From the NCBI GenBank assembly GCA_964016885.1, contig OZ024741.1, forward strand, positions 78,244,001-78,308,000: 64,000 bases of DNA, read 5' to 3'. Origin of the DNA: Eledone cirrhosa (taxonomy: Eukaryota). Position 1 is the first letter of the stretch, and every line of letters starts with the position of its first letter. Below are positions 1 to 13,682 of this stretch, one piece after another. The notes beneath the pieces are model-generated. The model was given only the letters and a program-made list of their open reading frames with translations, did no database searches and was not told where the DNA came from. The position numbers and the translations under genes are program-made.

Positions 1-313
1 CTTGCACGCAGCACACATCCACCTGCCTTCTCTCCAGCATCTCCGCTATTTCAGCAGCTCTACCTCTGAGAGTGCCAACATTAAGTGTTGCAACTCTGAG
101 ATGCGATGTCTTCATATTTTTCTATGCTGTTTTGTTGCTGTGCTGATAAGCTTTTTGGCATTGATACACTGGTTGGATGCCCTTCCTAACACCAGCGCCA
201 CTTTACAGCATGGACTGGGTGCTTTTATTTGTGCCACCAGCACTAGAGAGGATGTCTTACTAGACTCAAGGGCCCTCTCTACCTCTCCATTTTACAGCAT
301 GGTCATTTAAAAA

Positions 314-347
<34 letters not shown>

Positions 348-766
348 TTCTCAACACTTAAAAGCCTGAGAATTCAGCTTATGTACATTAGTTATCATCA
401 TTAGTTATCATCATCATCATATCACTGTTTAACATCCATTTTTCCATGTTAGCATGTGTTAGACAAGTTGTCCTGTTGTGAGAGACAAGCCAGGTCAGAT
501 GACCTAGTGGAGGCCTAAGTATCGTCCCACTTCTCTGCTTTTTCACTACCAAACTCTCCATGCTTGTTTCATTCTGAACACATGAGAAGGCAATGAAAAA
601 AAATTGAATTTAACACATTCTTGGAACTCAACTGTGGACTGTTTATTGCTGACAACACAGACCACTACAAGAGTCTTCAGATTCCATATTTTACCATTTA
701 GTTTCTTTATTGTTATTTTATCCTTTTTGTACGTTCACAATTTCCATTATTTTCTTTCAATTGCAG

Positions 767-877
767 GAAGCCATCGTGGAATATTTTGGCACTCCAAAGA
801 GGCAGGCCTTTGGCGTATTAATAGCTGGTCTTTTTATTAGTGCTGGAGTTTATGTTTGGAAGACTTTGGGTGATTAA
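767..877 (+). CDS. BAX: Terminal coding exon of a Bax-like Bcl-2 family protein (C-terminal transmembrane anchor)
   Basis: Polypyrimidine tract + ttgcag acceptor, then phase-0 frame EAIVEYFGTPKRQAFGVLIAGLFISAGVYVWKTLGD*. This parallels the human BAX C-terminus DGLLSYFGTPTWQTVTIFVAGVLTASLTIWKKMG*. Not in the ORF track. Confidence 0.8.
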   Translation, partial: EAIVEYFGTPKRQAFGVLIAGLFISAGVYVWKTLGD

Positions 878-1924
878 AACAAACCTAATCTACTTAGAAA
901 AAATTAAAAAAGAAGAAAAATTATGATAAACGTCTAAAATTTGGCCCAGCATGGAAAATAAAACAAAAAAAAAAATGGACGATAATGGAACAGAAAACAA
1001 GACAAAATATGCCCCTCCCTCCTCGGTGGTTTGTGCAGGAAATTTTATGAATTTTTTTGTATTTTTTTTTTTCCAAATTCATTATTTTTCCTCTTGTAAT
1101 TTATTCTGTTTTCTTTTTTCTTTCCTTTCACTCCCCTTCTGCACTATCACGCTTCATTCATTTTCAACTATCTGTCTCTTTCTCTCTTCTTTCCTCCTCT
1201 TCAGTCTCACACAGTACATTGAATCCATGAAATAAAAAAAATAAATAAAAAAAAGTTAAAGTCTGTCTGAAGCCTCGAGGCTAGAGCTTATCCTGATTTC
1301 ATTGGAGTTGAACAACTGAAAATACATGACTTCCTCTTGACAGGATGCAAGTCTGTCGCAGGACTAACCTTTAACAGCAGCTGGTACTAATTGTTTCAGT
1401 GAAATGGAGCTATGTGAAATGAAGTGTCTTGCTCAAGGACATAATGGGCCCCTTGGTCTGGGAGTAAAACCCATGAGCCCAACACCCTAACCACTAGGCA
1501 TTGAAATTTAAAAAAAATAGCACCTCTACCCTCCCAAACAACTTCTCCCACATTAAAAAAGAAAAAAAAATGGTAAAGGAACCAAGATGAAAAAAAGAAA
1601 GAAAGGAAGACTCATTTTCGTTACTTGTTTTCTTAATAATTTAAGGAAAAATAATCTCTGCTGATTTCATTTAAAAAAAACAAAACAAATAATCTGTTTG
1701 ACAATTTTTACACGATATATAATTATTTTTTCTGATTTTTAGGGGGTAAGAAAGAAAAAGAATAAGTTCCGATATTTTGATACATTTTTGCTTATTTTTT
1801 TTTTTTGTGTTTTTATTATTTTTTTTTGTCTTATTATTATTAGTTTTATTAGTATTGTTTGTGTTTTTGTTTATTGTGTGTATTTGTTTGCATGACATCT
1901 AAACCTTTTTCCTTTTTGAAGGGA

Positions 1925-4230
1925 TTAACAGAATCTTTAGTGTTGGACAAAATGCTTGCGCTATTTTGTACCAGCTCTTTATGTTCTGGGTTCAAATCCC
2001 ACTGAGATCAACTTAACCCTTCATTCTTCCAGTGTTGATAAAATCAAATCCCAGTCAAGTACTAATTCAGTCAGTTTAATTGACTAACCTTTCCCTGCCA
2101 AATTTCTGGCCATGTGACTATGTTAGAAACAGCTATTTTAATATTAAGGGATATAGTGGGTTGGCAGAATTGGGAGAGCATTAGATAAAATAACTTGTGG
2201 TATTAGATTTCAAATCCCACCAATGTCAACTTTTCCATTCCATCTTTTCAAGGGATTGGAGGGGAGGGAGATGTTCAATCAAATAAAGTACCAGTCAAGT
2301 ACTGGGATCAATTTAATCAACTAATCCTTTCCCTGTAATTTTTTGGTATTGTTAAGAAACTATTATTTTAATATTAAGGTGATGGTGGTGAATTAATACA
2401 TTCATTAGCCAGCTAGCAGGTATAAAATGTATTGCGGCATTTGGTTATATCCATTTACATTGATTTCAAATCCCACCGAGATTAACTTTGCTTTTCAATC
2501 TTCTGGGGGTGGAGTGGATGGTGTTAAGTGGGCTGATGAAATAAATATCAGTTCATTACTGGAGTTGATGAAATCAACTATTCCTTCACTCCTAAATTTG
2601 TGTGGCCGTGTGCCTAAGAATTATTATTTTTATTGTTATTAACTTTTAATGCCCTGCTTCATATGAAACCACATTAGCAAGACATTCTTAAAAAGTACAA
2701 AACATCACTACAATTGCATCACATTAAACATTCAAAGTTTTACTCTAATACTGAAAATTTTCACAACAATTTTCTGTCCACTAATGAAGATATTACAGAC
2801 ATTTGAATTAACAAACCTGATTTAGATATTTTCTGAAAATCGTTGCAAGTTGTGAAGAGTTAAGGTCTGAGAGGGCAGTGGACAGGCAACATTGGTTAAA
2901 ATTCAGCTAGGACTGACATAACCTTCCATCTTTCTGGGTCTCATTACAGAAATTACCAGTAATAGATTGCTGATCAAGTCGACTATATTTCAAGCTTCAA
3001 TAACTCTGGCATTGTTCCTATATATTATTATTATTTTTATTATTTGAAGGGCGGTGGATTGGCAGTATCGGTAGAGGGTCGGACGCCATGCTTTCCAGCA
3101 TAGTTACGTCCCTTTACGATCTGAGTTCAAATCCCGCCGAGGTTGACTTTGGCCTTTCATCCTTACGGGGTCGATAAAATAAAGTACCAGTAATGCACTG
3201 GGTAATTGCTGGCCTTGTGCCTAAAGTAGAAACAATTATTATCATCCGGCTGAGGTTAGCTTTGCCTTTCATCCTTACGAGGTCGATAAAATAAAGCACC
3301 AGTAATATACTGGTGTCGATTTAATCGACTTTCCCCCTCCCCAAATTTTGCTGGCCTTGTGCCTAATTAGAAACCATTATTATTATTATTGTTCAAATCC
3401 CGCCGAGGTTAACTTTGCCTTTCATCTTTACTGGGTCGATAAAATAAAGTACCAGTAATGTACTGGTTAATTGCTGGCCTTGTGCCTAAAGTAGAAACAA
3501 TTATTATTATTATTGTTATCATCATCATCATCATTATCTCGAGAACGCTGTCAAATCTTCAACCAAATTTAAGCTTTGGAAGCGGGTTATAACAAATGAC
3601 CAGAGGTTCCAAAGCTTCTTTTAAATTTAAGTCTCTAAGACTTTTCTCAATATCAGTAGAGCACTAGACAAATTCCTCTTTACATTCTGAGTTGAAATCC
3701 TGTCCAATTAACTTTGTAATTACTTCTGGGTGGCATGGGTGGACAGGTAGATAAGAATTCAGTAGCAGTCATGTACTGCGAGGGAAGGGGGTCAGGGTGG
3801 AGGTGGGGTTCCTCAGTTGTTCTTCCCCTCATCCAAAACAGTTTTTAACCTTATGTCTAAGTTAGAAATCATCTTTATTATTACAGTGTCGGATAAAGTG
3901 CATTGCAGTATGTAGATATGGCTCTTTATATACACTGAGTTCAAATCCTGCCAAAGTCAACTTTGTATTTTATCCTTCTGGGGTCTAAAAATAAGTACCA
4001 GTTAAATACTGAGGTTGATATAATTAATTATCTTCTCTCACCTCAAATGTTTAGTCTTGTGCATATGAAAGTAATTTTAACAATAGTTGGTAGAGCATCA
4101 GACAAAATGCCTTGCACTATTTAGTTATGGCTCTTTACAGTCTGGGTTCAAGTCCTGCCATTGTTAGCTTTGCCTTTCACTCTTTTTTAGAGTTGTTAAA
4201 ATAAAATACTATGTAATGTACAAGATTTAA
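1925..4230 (+). mobile_element. Cluster of about 9 head-to-tail tRNA-derived SINEs (Nin/Deu-like core)
   Basis: Repeated GAGTTCAAATCC B-box followed by TTTGCCTTTCATCC...GGGTCGATAAAATAAAGTACCAG and (ATT)n tails; best copy about 3049-3240. Confidence 0.8.
2640..2864. mobile_element. TTAA-flanked MITE-like dispersed repeat
   Basis: Homologous copies at about 10764-10975 and (reverse) about 40845-41054; ends ...AAGAGTTAA; shares TTGCATCACATTAAACAT and ATTTGAATTAACAAACC. Confidence 0.55.
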
Positions 4231-4323
4231 ATGAAACTTTTATGTTCATCCTTCTACTTTCAAGATTCACTAGGGCCAACTTTCTCTTAGAGGCATTCAA
4301 AGTCAATATTTCTGTGTGTGTGA

Positions 4324-4356
<33 letters not shown>

Positions 4357-4573
4357 TATATCAGTGATACATTGAGGTTAATACAATCAGCCACATGTTC
4401 CTTCCTATATATAAAGATTAGCCCTGGGCCAGTATAAAAATATCTTCACCAGCATTCTTTTCATTTATGTTCATGGCTACAATGTCTTCTTTCTTTTGTC
4501 TGTGGCTGACATGAGTCTACTCCTATTGATAACCACTCAACCATGAATTAGAAGAGCTTTATATATATATATA

Positions 4574-4948
4574 TGAGGTGGTATCCAAAATGTTCCTGGA
4601 CTAGTTATGTTTAAAAATATATATATATATTTATCTAAGTTTTCACATCATCTCCTTCGAAATAGTCACCTTGCACAGCAATACACTGGTCCCAGCATTC
4701 CTGCCACTTTCGGAATCTGGCCTGGAAGTCGTTTTCTGTAAGTAATTCGAAGACCTGGAATTTGCCCTGGATTTTGGCAACGCTGTTAAAACAGCAACCT
4801 TTGAGCTACATTTTCAGCTTGGAGAAGAGATGAAAGTCTGCAGGTGCTAAATCTGGTGAATATGGCGAGTGCGGAAGCAATACAATGCTGTTTTTGGCAA
4901 GAAACTCACAAGTGTGGAGACAGGGTGCATTGTCATCGCGAAGAATCC
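4574..4948 (-). mobile_element. Mariner (DD34D-type) transposase 3' fragment with right end
   Basis: Minus strand reads WILRDDNAPC...PHSPYSPDLAPADF...KWQECWDQCIAVQGDYFEGD; the end abuts a TA array. Confidence 0.8.
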
Positions 4949-7900
4949 AATAAGTGTGGTATTTGTCATGGCTTTTTATATTCTAACGCCAATTTTCCCT
5001 TTCATCTTTATGGGGTCTATGAATTAAAGTACCAAATAAAAACTAGAGTTGATGTAATTGACTACTCTGCCTGTGTAAGAAATCATTATTGTTATTATTG
5101 TGATTATAATTATTTACAAACCTTTACAAATCCCACTGAGGTCAACTTTGTGTTTCATCTCTCTGAATGAGTGGGAAATGATATACTGTTGTGCCTATTG
5201 CTAATAATACTATAAATACTATCTTTTTGTAGGAATATGAAATTGAAAGTTCGGATGAGCTCTAAAGATCCTTGGCATCTGAACATTATTCCTTGCAAGC
5301 AATTATAAAATCTGATAATTGTTGCATTATCATTGGCATTTCAAATTATAAATATTCAGAAAAACCTGGTCATAACTGTAATGAACTCAATTCTTAGATA
5401 TAGAGGGTTGCATTCAACCATGCACAAATCATTAGGAACAGCAATGCTATGGATAGTGTGAATGTAGAGACATCTCATCTGGACAGATCAGCCAAAAGGA
5501 TCAGTAATCCATGTTCAGATGGACCATGTATATATATGGTGTGTGACCTGGTGGTTATGGTGTTGGAGTTACAATCATGATGATGTGGGTTTGAGTTCTG
5601 GATGGGGTTGTGTGTTATGTTCTTGAGCAAAACACTCAATTTCATGTTGCTCTTATATATTCAGCTGGAATAAGTACCAGCACTAATTGGGATTTTACCA
5701 TGGCGTTCTGTCCAGGTGGAGTCTTTTATTCTCAGTTGCCTAGTGCCAAGGAAACTGGGATAAACACCAACCTAGTGAGAATCTGGGCTTAAGACAGACT
5801 TTAGACTTATATATATATAAAAGAATATTTAATGTTTTACATCAAACATCTTTGAAATATTAATTCACTTCAACAACTACTCAAAAGGTGCCTCCGTTGG
5901 TATGGTCACACCCTCTGTCATTCATTAGGTGAATTTATCCATGATTAAGTAGTACCAGAACCACCCATAGGATGGAGTAAATGGGGAGGTGGACAACTGA
6001 AATGTAGATTAGAGCAATGAAGTAGGATATTTGAATTGGGTGTTTATGATCACCGAGTATGATTGGATTCTGTTAGAAATTCCATAGATTCACTGGTTGG
6101 AGTTGGCCCTGGGTAAATGCTGACACAAACACTTCCTTACAAGTAACCATTAGATAATCTTGTGGAGGAGTGGGGAATAGTAAATAATAATTTTTTTGCA
6201 TATTTATATCTTAGGTGTAAGTATGCAACCTCAAGAATTAGGAGCTTTATACCATCAGTGACAGAAATTATTATTATTGGTAATATTGTTAACACCTGTT
6301 CCCCTCATCCCCATTCAGATATAAGGTCCAGGCTACCATGGGTTTTTTTTATAGCCCTTTTAGAACTAGAGAAGTACAGTCTAGTTGGACAGTTTTGGAG
6401 AACACACTGCAAGACATAAGTATATTTTGACATGACACTATCTTACATACTTCCTCACCTATTCTTTTTTTCCTTGTCTTTCAATCCCATCATCATCAAA
6501 TTTTCAAATTTCGCTGAGGTTTACTTTGATTTTTCGTCTTTCTGAGGTTGATAAGACAAAAGTACCAGTCAAATACTAGGGTTGATATAATTGACTCTAG
6601 CCCTCACTCAGAACATCTGGCCAAGTGCCAATCATTATTGATATTATTATTAGGGTGGTAGATTAGCAGAATTAGTAGATGATTGGATAAACTGTCTTGG
6701 TGATATTTAATTGCATACTTTTACATAGTGTGATTTATCGTCTTACTATGGTGACTCTGCCATTCATCTTTTTGTGGGTGGATGAATTAATAGTCAAGTA
6801 CTGGGGATGGTTTAATTGACTGCTCCCCCTTTCCACACCTCTGAAAAATTCTAGCCGTATGCTGGAAGAAATCGTTATGAAGGATGGCATACTTAACATA
6901 ATGATGCTCTCAATAAAAGCAATCACATTCTTCTGTCTCTTTCCCTTATAAATGCCTGGCCTTATGCTTTAGTTAACAAGTCAATATAATAAATACTTGC
7001 TGTTCAATTTAAGTTTACATTAAGTGGTGCCACTGAAAATGGAGGACGAGTTGAGCAATTGAGCCTGTTGGTTGCTATGACACAATTCCTGTGGTACTGT
7101 CACAGAGCCACAATAGTCCTCTTTCATCCTATCTTTAGTAAATTCTCACCTACCCTTATATAAGTCACCTATTTTCTATTTTCAACTAAGTGAACTGGAT
7201 ACAAAGAGTAACAACCAATATCTTCACGGGATATCAATTTACAGCTGTGACCTAGATCATTTAAAATGCACTCATTAGAGTGTGGGGTCATATATAAGTG
7301 AGTTGCAGGCTGTCAGCCCATCTGAGCACTTGGTAGGGTGCAAGAATGTAAGCAAGATGCAGTTTCCCACCCCACCATTGGGTCAGTACTTTTGCTTTGA
7401 GTATCAACCTGGTCTATTGACAACGCATTCAACCCTTGCTAGCAGGGAAAGCAGACATCAAACAATGATGATATTCAACAGGAAATAGCTGATTGGTTTT
7501 TAAAATAAATTCTTGTTATTCTTGAAAGCCATGACTCCCCCTCCCTCATTCAGACTTAATCCAGCAGACCAATAATCAAAAATCTTCTTTGCATGATCAT
7601 CACATCTTTCATTTAGATGGAAAATATATATATATAGAACTATTATGTATTATCCAATATGAGAGGCAGTATCTGAACTACTCACAAAGTAAGAGGAGAG
7701 ATTAAATACTGTAAGGCATTTTTGTTAGGTACTTCACAATCTCAGCCATGTCAGCTACCTTTAATACACACAGGCACACACATACATATCTTTTTTTCTT
7801 TTCTTCACTTGCATGGGAGACATAGTCTACTTAAAATAGCTATGCTTTTACAGCAGAGTTCAATGCCTTGTGCTAAATTACTGAGCTGTGACAGTAAGGG

Positions 7901-8452
7901 TGGGTCCTAGTTTTGTTATATTGGTGAAACTAAAGCAAGCCAAGTAGAGTGCTGTGCTGAGAGGTGAACAAACATTTTTTTTCTGGTGATGGTGATAGTA
8001 GTGGTGGGGACTGGTCTTGTTGGATTTAACTTTTTTTTGTATTTTCAAAACTAAATATGAACTCTGACACAAAATATACACATGGAAGAGAATCAAAAGT
8101 TAGTGACTGCCATTTTAAAAACATTTCTTATCTTTATCACTACTAATGCTGGATTTAGACCTGGTGAGGCCCTAAACTATATAGAAACTGGAGGCCTATT
8201 GTTATAAATTGAGGACATGTATGTCTTATTTATTTTGAGGCATCTAGACTGTAGCCTGTCTAGGTTTGACACTGGACACTACTTGTCTTGCTATTTTTAG
8301 TTAAAAAGGAAATGGGTTTATGTTTTTTCTTTTCTTTGTATAAATATCTTTTAAAGATTTTGTTTCGTTAAAGAGAGTCGTTGTATCACACCTTCACAAA
8401 CACTCATACAAGGAAATGTTTAATTTAGTACGTGTTTCGTACAAAATGAATG

Positions 8453-8491
<39 letters not shown>

Positions 8492-9280
8492 GTGTATATA
8501 TGTATTTTACTAGGTGGATTTAACACAAGCATTGTTTTAATCCAGAGTATTTGTGGACTGAACTAATGAATGAAAAAGAAAATTTGGTCTGTGATTGAAT
8601 GAGATTGGGTTACAGACCAGGACTAGGACTGAATGGGATGAGAGGATTATCTCCCTTAGAAACTGATCTGCTGCATCATTTACCATGTTGCTGTTATAAA
8701 CAAGGTGTGTATGTATGTATTCTCTCTCACTCTCTCTCTGTATATATATACATACATATTCATATCAATGAGGAACACCCCATTTTTTTATATATGTGTT
8801 GTTGAAGACATTACTTTTCCAGTTTCAGTTTCTTTATTAGAACCTTGTAATTGCTAAGGCTTCTACAGTTCGTTTGGAATAACAAAGCTGCTAAATTCAT
8901 AATTTTGTCCACGTTTTCTGACTCATCAAAAGTGTTCTAGGTTTATTTTTATTGCCCCTATAATTATAGGGTTATATATTTTATAAGTTTATATGCAGTT
9001 CTTACTTTGCCATCACTGTACAGCTTTCATAAGTTCATAAAATACATAAGCTTTTAATTAGAGTCAATAAAAAGACAACAACAACAATCATAATGATAAG
9101 ACTGAGGGTCAGGAACGGTGACATATTGACTTAACAATTTTGTTGTTCCAAACGAACTATTAGAAAATTTGAGAAGGTTCTAATAAAGAAATTGAAACTG
9201 GAAAGTAGTTATTTTCAACAACACATGTATGTGGGTGTATGTATATGTATATATATATATATGTATGTATGTATGAATGT

Positions 9281-9316
<36 letters not shown>

Positions 9317-9450
9317 AATGTTGTTTATATATATGTATGTGTATCATCATTGTTTAATGTCTATTTTCCACGCTAGCATGGGTTAGACGGGTTTGTCCCA
9401 TTTGAAGCAAGTTGGGTCGGGTGACCGTGTCTTGCTCATATAGGACTGTT

Positions 9451-9530
<80 letters not shown>

Positions 9531-9644
9531 TTGAGCATTGTTTTCCTTGATCTTTCATCTACGAATATATATATATATATAGGATATTCGTAGATGAAAG
9601 ATCAAGGAAAACAATGCTCAAGCAAGAGAACTGATTTAGTATAA

Positions 9645-9887
9645 AAAATGTTTCATACACTTAACATGTATGTGTGACCATTGGTTTCAGGGTTCATTTA
9701 TGGCCATCACTGTATATTAGAGGAGGCTCTTCCAAACTGACCCTTCATTGGGCACACAATAGATATATTTGTCCATGTGCCTGATGAAGAGTCAGTTTGG
9801 AAGTACCTCCTCCAATATATGGTGGTGGCCATAACTGGACCCCGAAATAAATGTTAGCACATACATATTAAGTGTATGAAACATTTT
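9645..9887. repeat. Long inverted repeat of a hammerhead-containing (PLE-type) segment
   Basis: Arms 9645-9757 and 9775-9887 are imperfect reverse complements; the right arm has CTGATGA...GAAA. Confidence 0.75.
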
Positions 9888-11329
9888 ATATATATATATA
9901 TATTTCCTACATAAAGTACAAAGCCAAATGGTGGAATAGATAAAAAATAATGGTATTAAAGATGAATTTATACCTTGTTTGTTGCTGTAGAGTTTAATAC
10001 TGTTGAATTACAGAAGCCAGTAATAAATGTTGTTGAGAATGTTGGTGGTGGTGATGATGATAATGATGGTGGTCATGGTGATTGAAGCAGCAACAGAGTT
10101 GGTGGTCATTGATGGATTCTTTGCTCAAGTCTGGCAAGTTGCAATTCCATTGCAGGGTTTGAAAAGATCTCAGCAATGCAAAAATAAATACTTTTCTTAA
10201 AATGTAAATGTTCATTTTTTTTTTTTTGTATTTAGTATCTTTTACGTCTTGTGTTACCATATTTCTAATAAATGTCACTGCATTGCAAATGATTTTCAAG
10301 TAATCAAGAATTTGGAAAGGTGTAATAATATAACTAACTTTATGATGGAAGGTTTTCAGACAAAAATAAACATTTTAAAACAAGGGATTTGGTATCAAAA
10401 GGGTTAAAAATGTTAATAATAATATTTGCCACAAGGACAGCAGATGGGGTTTACTTACGACTGAGTGTGAGAAAATGGATGTAAAAAAACAAGAGGAAAG
10501 GAAATGTAATGTTCCATTAGGTTAACTTTCTAGGACCAATCAAGAAACCATATATATCTTGGATTATCTTTATTACCAAGATATGTGGCCTCTCAAAGTT
10601 GTGTTCTCTAGAAAAAAGGTAGATGCTGATAAAGGACCTATTGTCTCAGATTGTACTTGCTACTCTCATCTTTTCAGGAAATTTACTGGAGAGTTGTAAC
10701 TCTTTCCCAGAAGTTGAACAGGAGAGTGTTTGTCTTCAGTCCCTTTATCCTTCCAGGGTTCATTAACTCTGAACATTCTGAACCGCATGAAACCACAGTA
10801 AATTCTTGAAATGTACAAAACATTGCTTTGTTTGCATCACATTAAACATGTTAAAGTCTTTACTTTAGTTTACTGTAAATTTTCACAACAATGTGCCTGC
10901 TAGAAAATATACTATAATCATTTGAATTAACAAACCCATTTTTAGATAAATTGTTACAGGATGTTAAGAGTTTAAAGAGCTTAATTGAAGGGGAAGTAAA
11001 TTAGTGGAGTTGTTAAAACATCATCTGAGACACCATGTGATGGTATTTGTTCTAGCTCATTGTGTTTTGAATTCTTCGGTGATAGACTTAATCCATTACA
11101 CTTCTGCATGCATTTGGGTTAGATTTCCAGTTTGAGAATTACATCCCTCTCTATTTCCACAATTCCCAGAGACCTTGGAAAATATATAAGGTATCATAGG
11201 TACTGCTTTTCTTTTCCTGACTAAAATGATTTTTATGTCAAGCATTGCTCTTAATATGACTACAGCTTACTGGCTTGAGGACCAGTAAAAGGCCAGACAA
11301 GGTTTATTAATTGTTTCACATACTCGAGC

Positions 11330-11600
11330 AAGAGCAGATGGGTCACTATTTTCCCTACATCCTCCAGCAAGGTCAGACAGAGTTCACTGCACTACATCAT
11401 CCAGACAGGGCTAATTGTCCTACATCAAGGCCAGACAGAGTTCATTGTCCCTACATCCTCTAGCAGGGAAAGACAGCAAAGCCAGACGGCTTATTGCCCT
11501 ACATCCTGCAGAAAGGGTTCAGTGTCCCTACATCCTCTAGCAAGGCCAGACAGCTAATTGTCCTACATCCCAAGGCCAGATAGGAATATGGTCATTAATG
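11330..11600. repeat. Degenerate minisatellite, about 30-45 bp unit
   Basis: Recurring AAGGCCAGACAG...TTGTCCCTACATCC. Confidence 0.7.
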
Positions 11601-11664
11601 AACCCTAACGAAATACACCATATTTGAATTAATTTGGAAGTATTAGTTAACATTATTTCAGTTT

Positions 11665-11845
11665 TTGGCAATATCAGTAGAGGGTCAGACGCCATGCTTT
11701 GACACAGAGTTACGTCCCTTTACGATCTGAGTTCAAATCCCGCCGAGGTTAACTTTGCCTTTCATCCATACGGGGTCGATAAAATAAAGTACCAGTAATG
11801 TACTAGGTAATTGCTGGCCTTGTGCCAAAAGTAGAAACAATTATT
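11665..11845 (+). mobile_element. Young copy of the Nin/Deu-like tRNA SINE
   Basis: Near-identical to 3060-3240. Confidence 0.8.
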
Positions 11846-13682
11846 TCATTATTACAATGGTATTTGTAACATAAAAGGTTCTTATATCAAATTATACAAG
11901 ATTTGAATTTAAATAAGAACCCTTTAAATGGGTGGTTTTGTTTTATAGATAAAGGCAGTTTTATGTGGATTGGTATCAAAGGGATTAAGTGGTTTACATC
12001 CCCCAGCTTCGCTGTCAGTTGACCTAGGCTTAACAACACCCTGTTTATGTACTGTGTTTGATAGTTTATAAGACACACCAGTTTAGGCAGACTACCACTA
12101 CTGTTGTGGCAAATAGCCACAACAGTAGTGGTAGTGGTTAACATTGAACCTGTTTACCTCAATGAGTTTGCTTCTTGGCAAATTGAAGATGATTTTGTAT
12201 GAAGAGTTCAGGAGGGGTGCTTCCAGAAGATGGCTTAAATCACTCACTAAAAAGTACTGTCATCAACACGGGATGATAGAAAAGATGAGAAAGGTGTAAA
12301 ACTTTTCTCCTATGCAGGCAGAACAGTTTGTGCTATTTAGTACCCCAAAAAGAAAAGCTGAAATAAAGAAAGAGTAAAAAAAAAAAATGCAAGTATCTGT
12401 GTCTGAAGAATTTACTCTAATTTGTTTTTAATATATATTTATTTTACTGTTAAGATATGAGCCTTTTCAAGGCCTCCATGACTAACTGGGGGTGGATAGC
12501 AACCTACTTCAAACTGTAAATGTGGTATAAATACCTGCAACAGAGTGGGTTCTGTTAAAAGCACTCAAGGGCCAGGTGTGATGGAAAACTGTTCATTACC
12601 AGATTTCTAATGAAATATACTTCATATGCAGTTCAAATAAAACTAACCAAGAATGTGGAGAGATTAAGTAAAAACGTTGACATTAAGTTGATATTTGGAA
12701 CATAACTTAAGTTTTTAGGTCATAAAATTGTGATAGTAAGTTTCTAGATAAATATATACAATTTAAAATCATAGTTGGTTTCAGGCAGAAAGAACAAAAG
12801 GCAAAGTTAACCACAGCAAGATTTGTAATGCCTCTGCCAATTCACCACCTATGGGTGTCACTCTACCAAAGTCATAATTTATAATGTGTCACCAATTTTG
12901 GTGACAGTGGTAGATGAATGTGGGGTGGTAATCCACTATTGATCATTCTCCATAGAGAATGTAGTGCACTTGTCTAAAGATTTGGGTGTTGATTGCACCA
13001 GAAAAATGTTCTAAAAGAACATTCTCAGCTATTTTTCTATTGAAGGGGTACAATACATGATGGTGGTAGTAAAAGATAGAAAACCAAACTGCTTGAATTA
13101 CAATGACACAAACTATCTCTGACATTTGTTCCTTTGTTAAGTGGCAGCAGCTACAAAGCAAAACTCCTCTTCTGTCAAGACCAATAACAAAGCTATGGCA
13201 GCTATCATATTTTGTTTGGTGTACTTTGAAAAAAAATAAAAATCAACATTGATAAGTTCAACCTCCTGGTCTTGTTGGAATATTTAGTTTTCAAGTAAAA
13301 CAAATTTCTTCAGAATTACACCTCACATGCCAACATATTCTGAAATGGCTCATTTAAAAGATTATGCATGTATCAAAAGGGATGATTTTAAACTGGGCAC
13401 CACCATGGCCATGTAGTTAAGAAGTTGATTTAATAAATGTATGGTTCCAGTTAGATCTCGCATGGTATTTTGGGCAAGTATCATTTAGCAAAACCTTGTA
13501 TTGACACAAGCCTAGTGATTTAAATTGAGTAGATAGAAACTATGGAAGTTTCTTGGATTGGATCTGTGGTAGACAAACTTATTACATCACTTTATATAAC
13601 ACCAGCATCTGGTTTTTGGGTACCTTTAGCAGAATCTACTGTTACAAGCATCTAATACACTTTTCTGGTTCTGAGAAAAACG

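Noticed and set aside
604-840. ORF overlapping the Bax-like exon
   Set aside because: Wrong frame; the spliced frame 767-877 explains the region.
3049-3135. tRNA gene
   Set aside because: A/B boxes belong to a SINE head; no complete cloverleaf.
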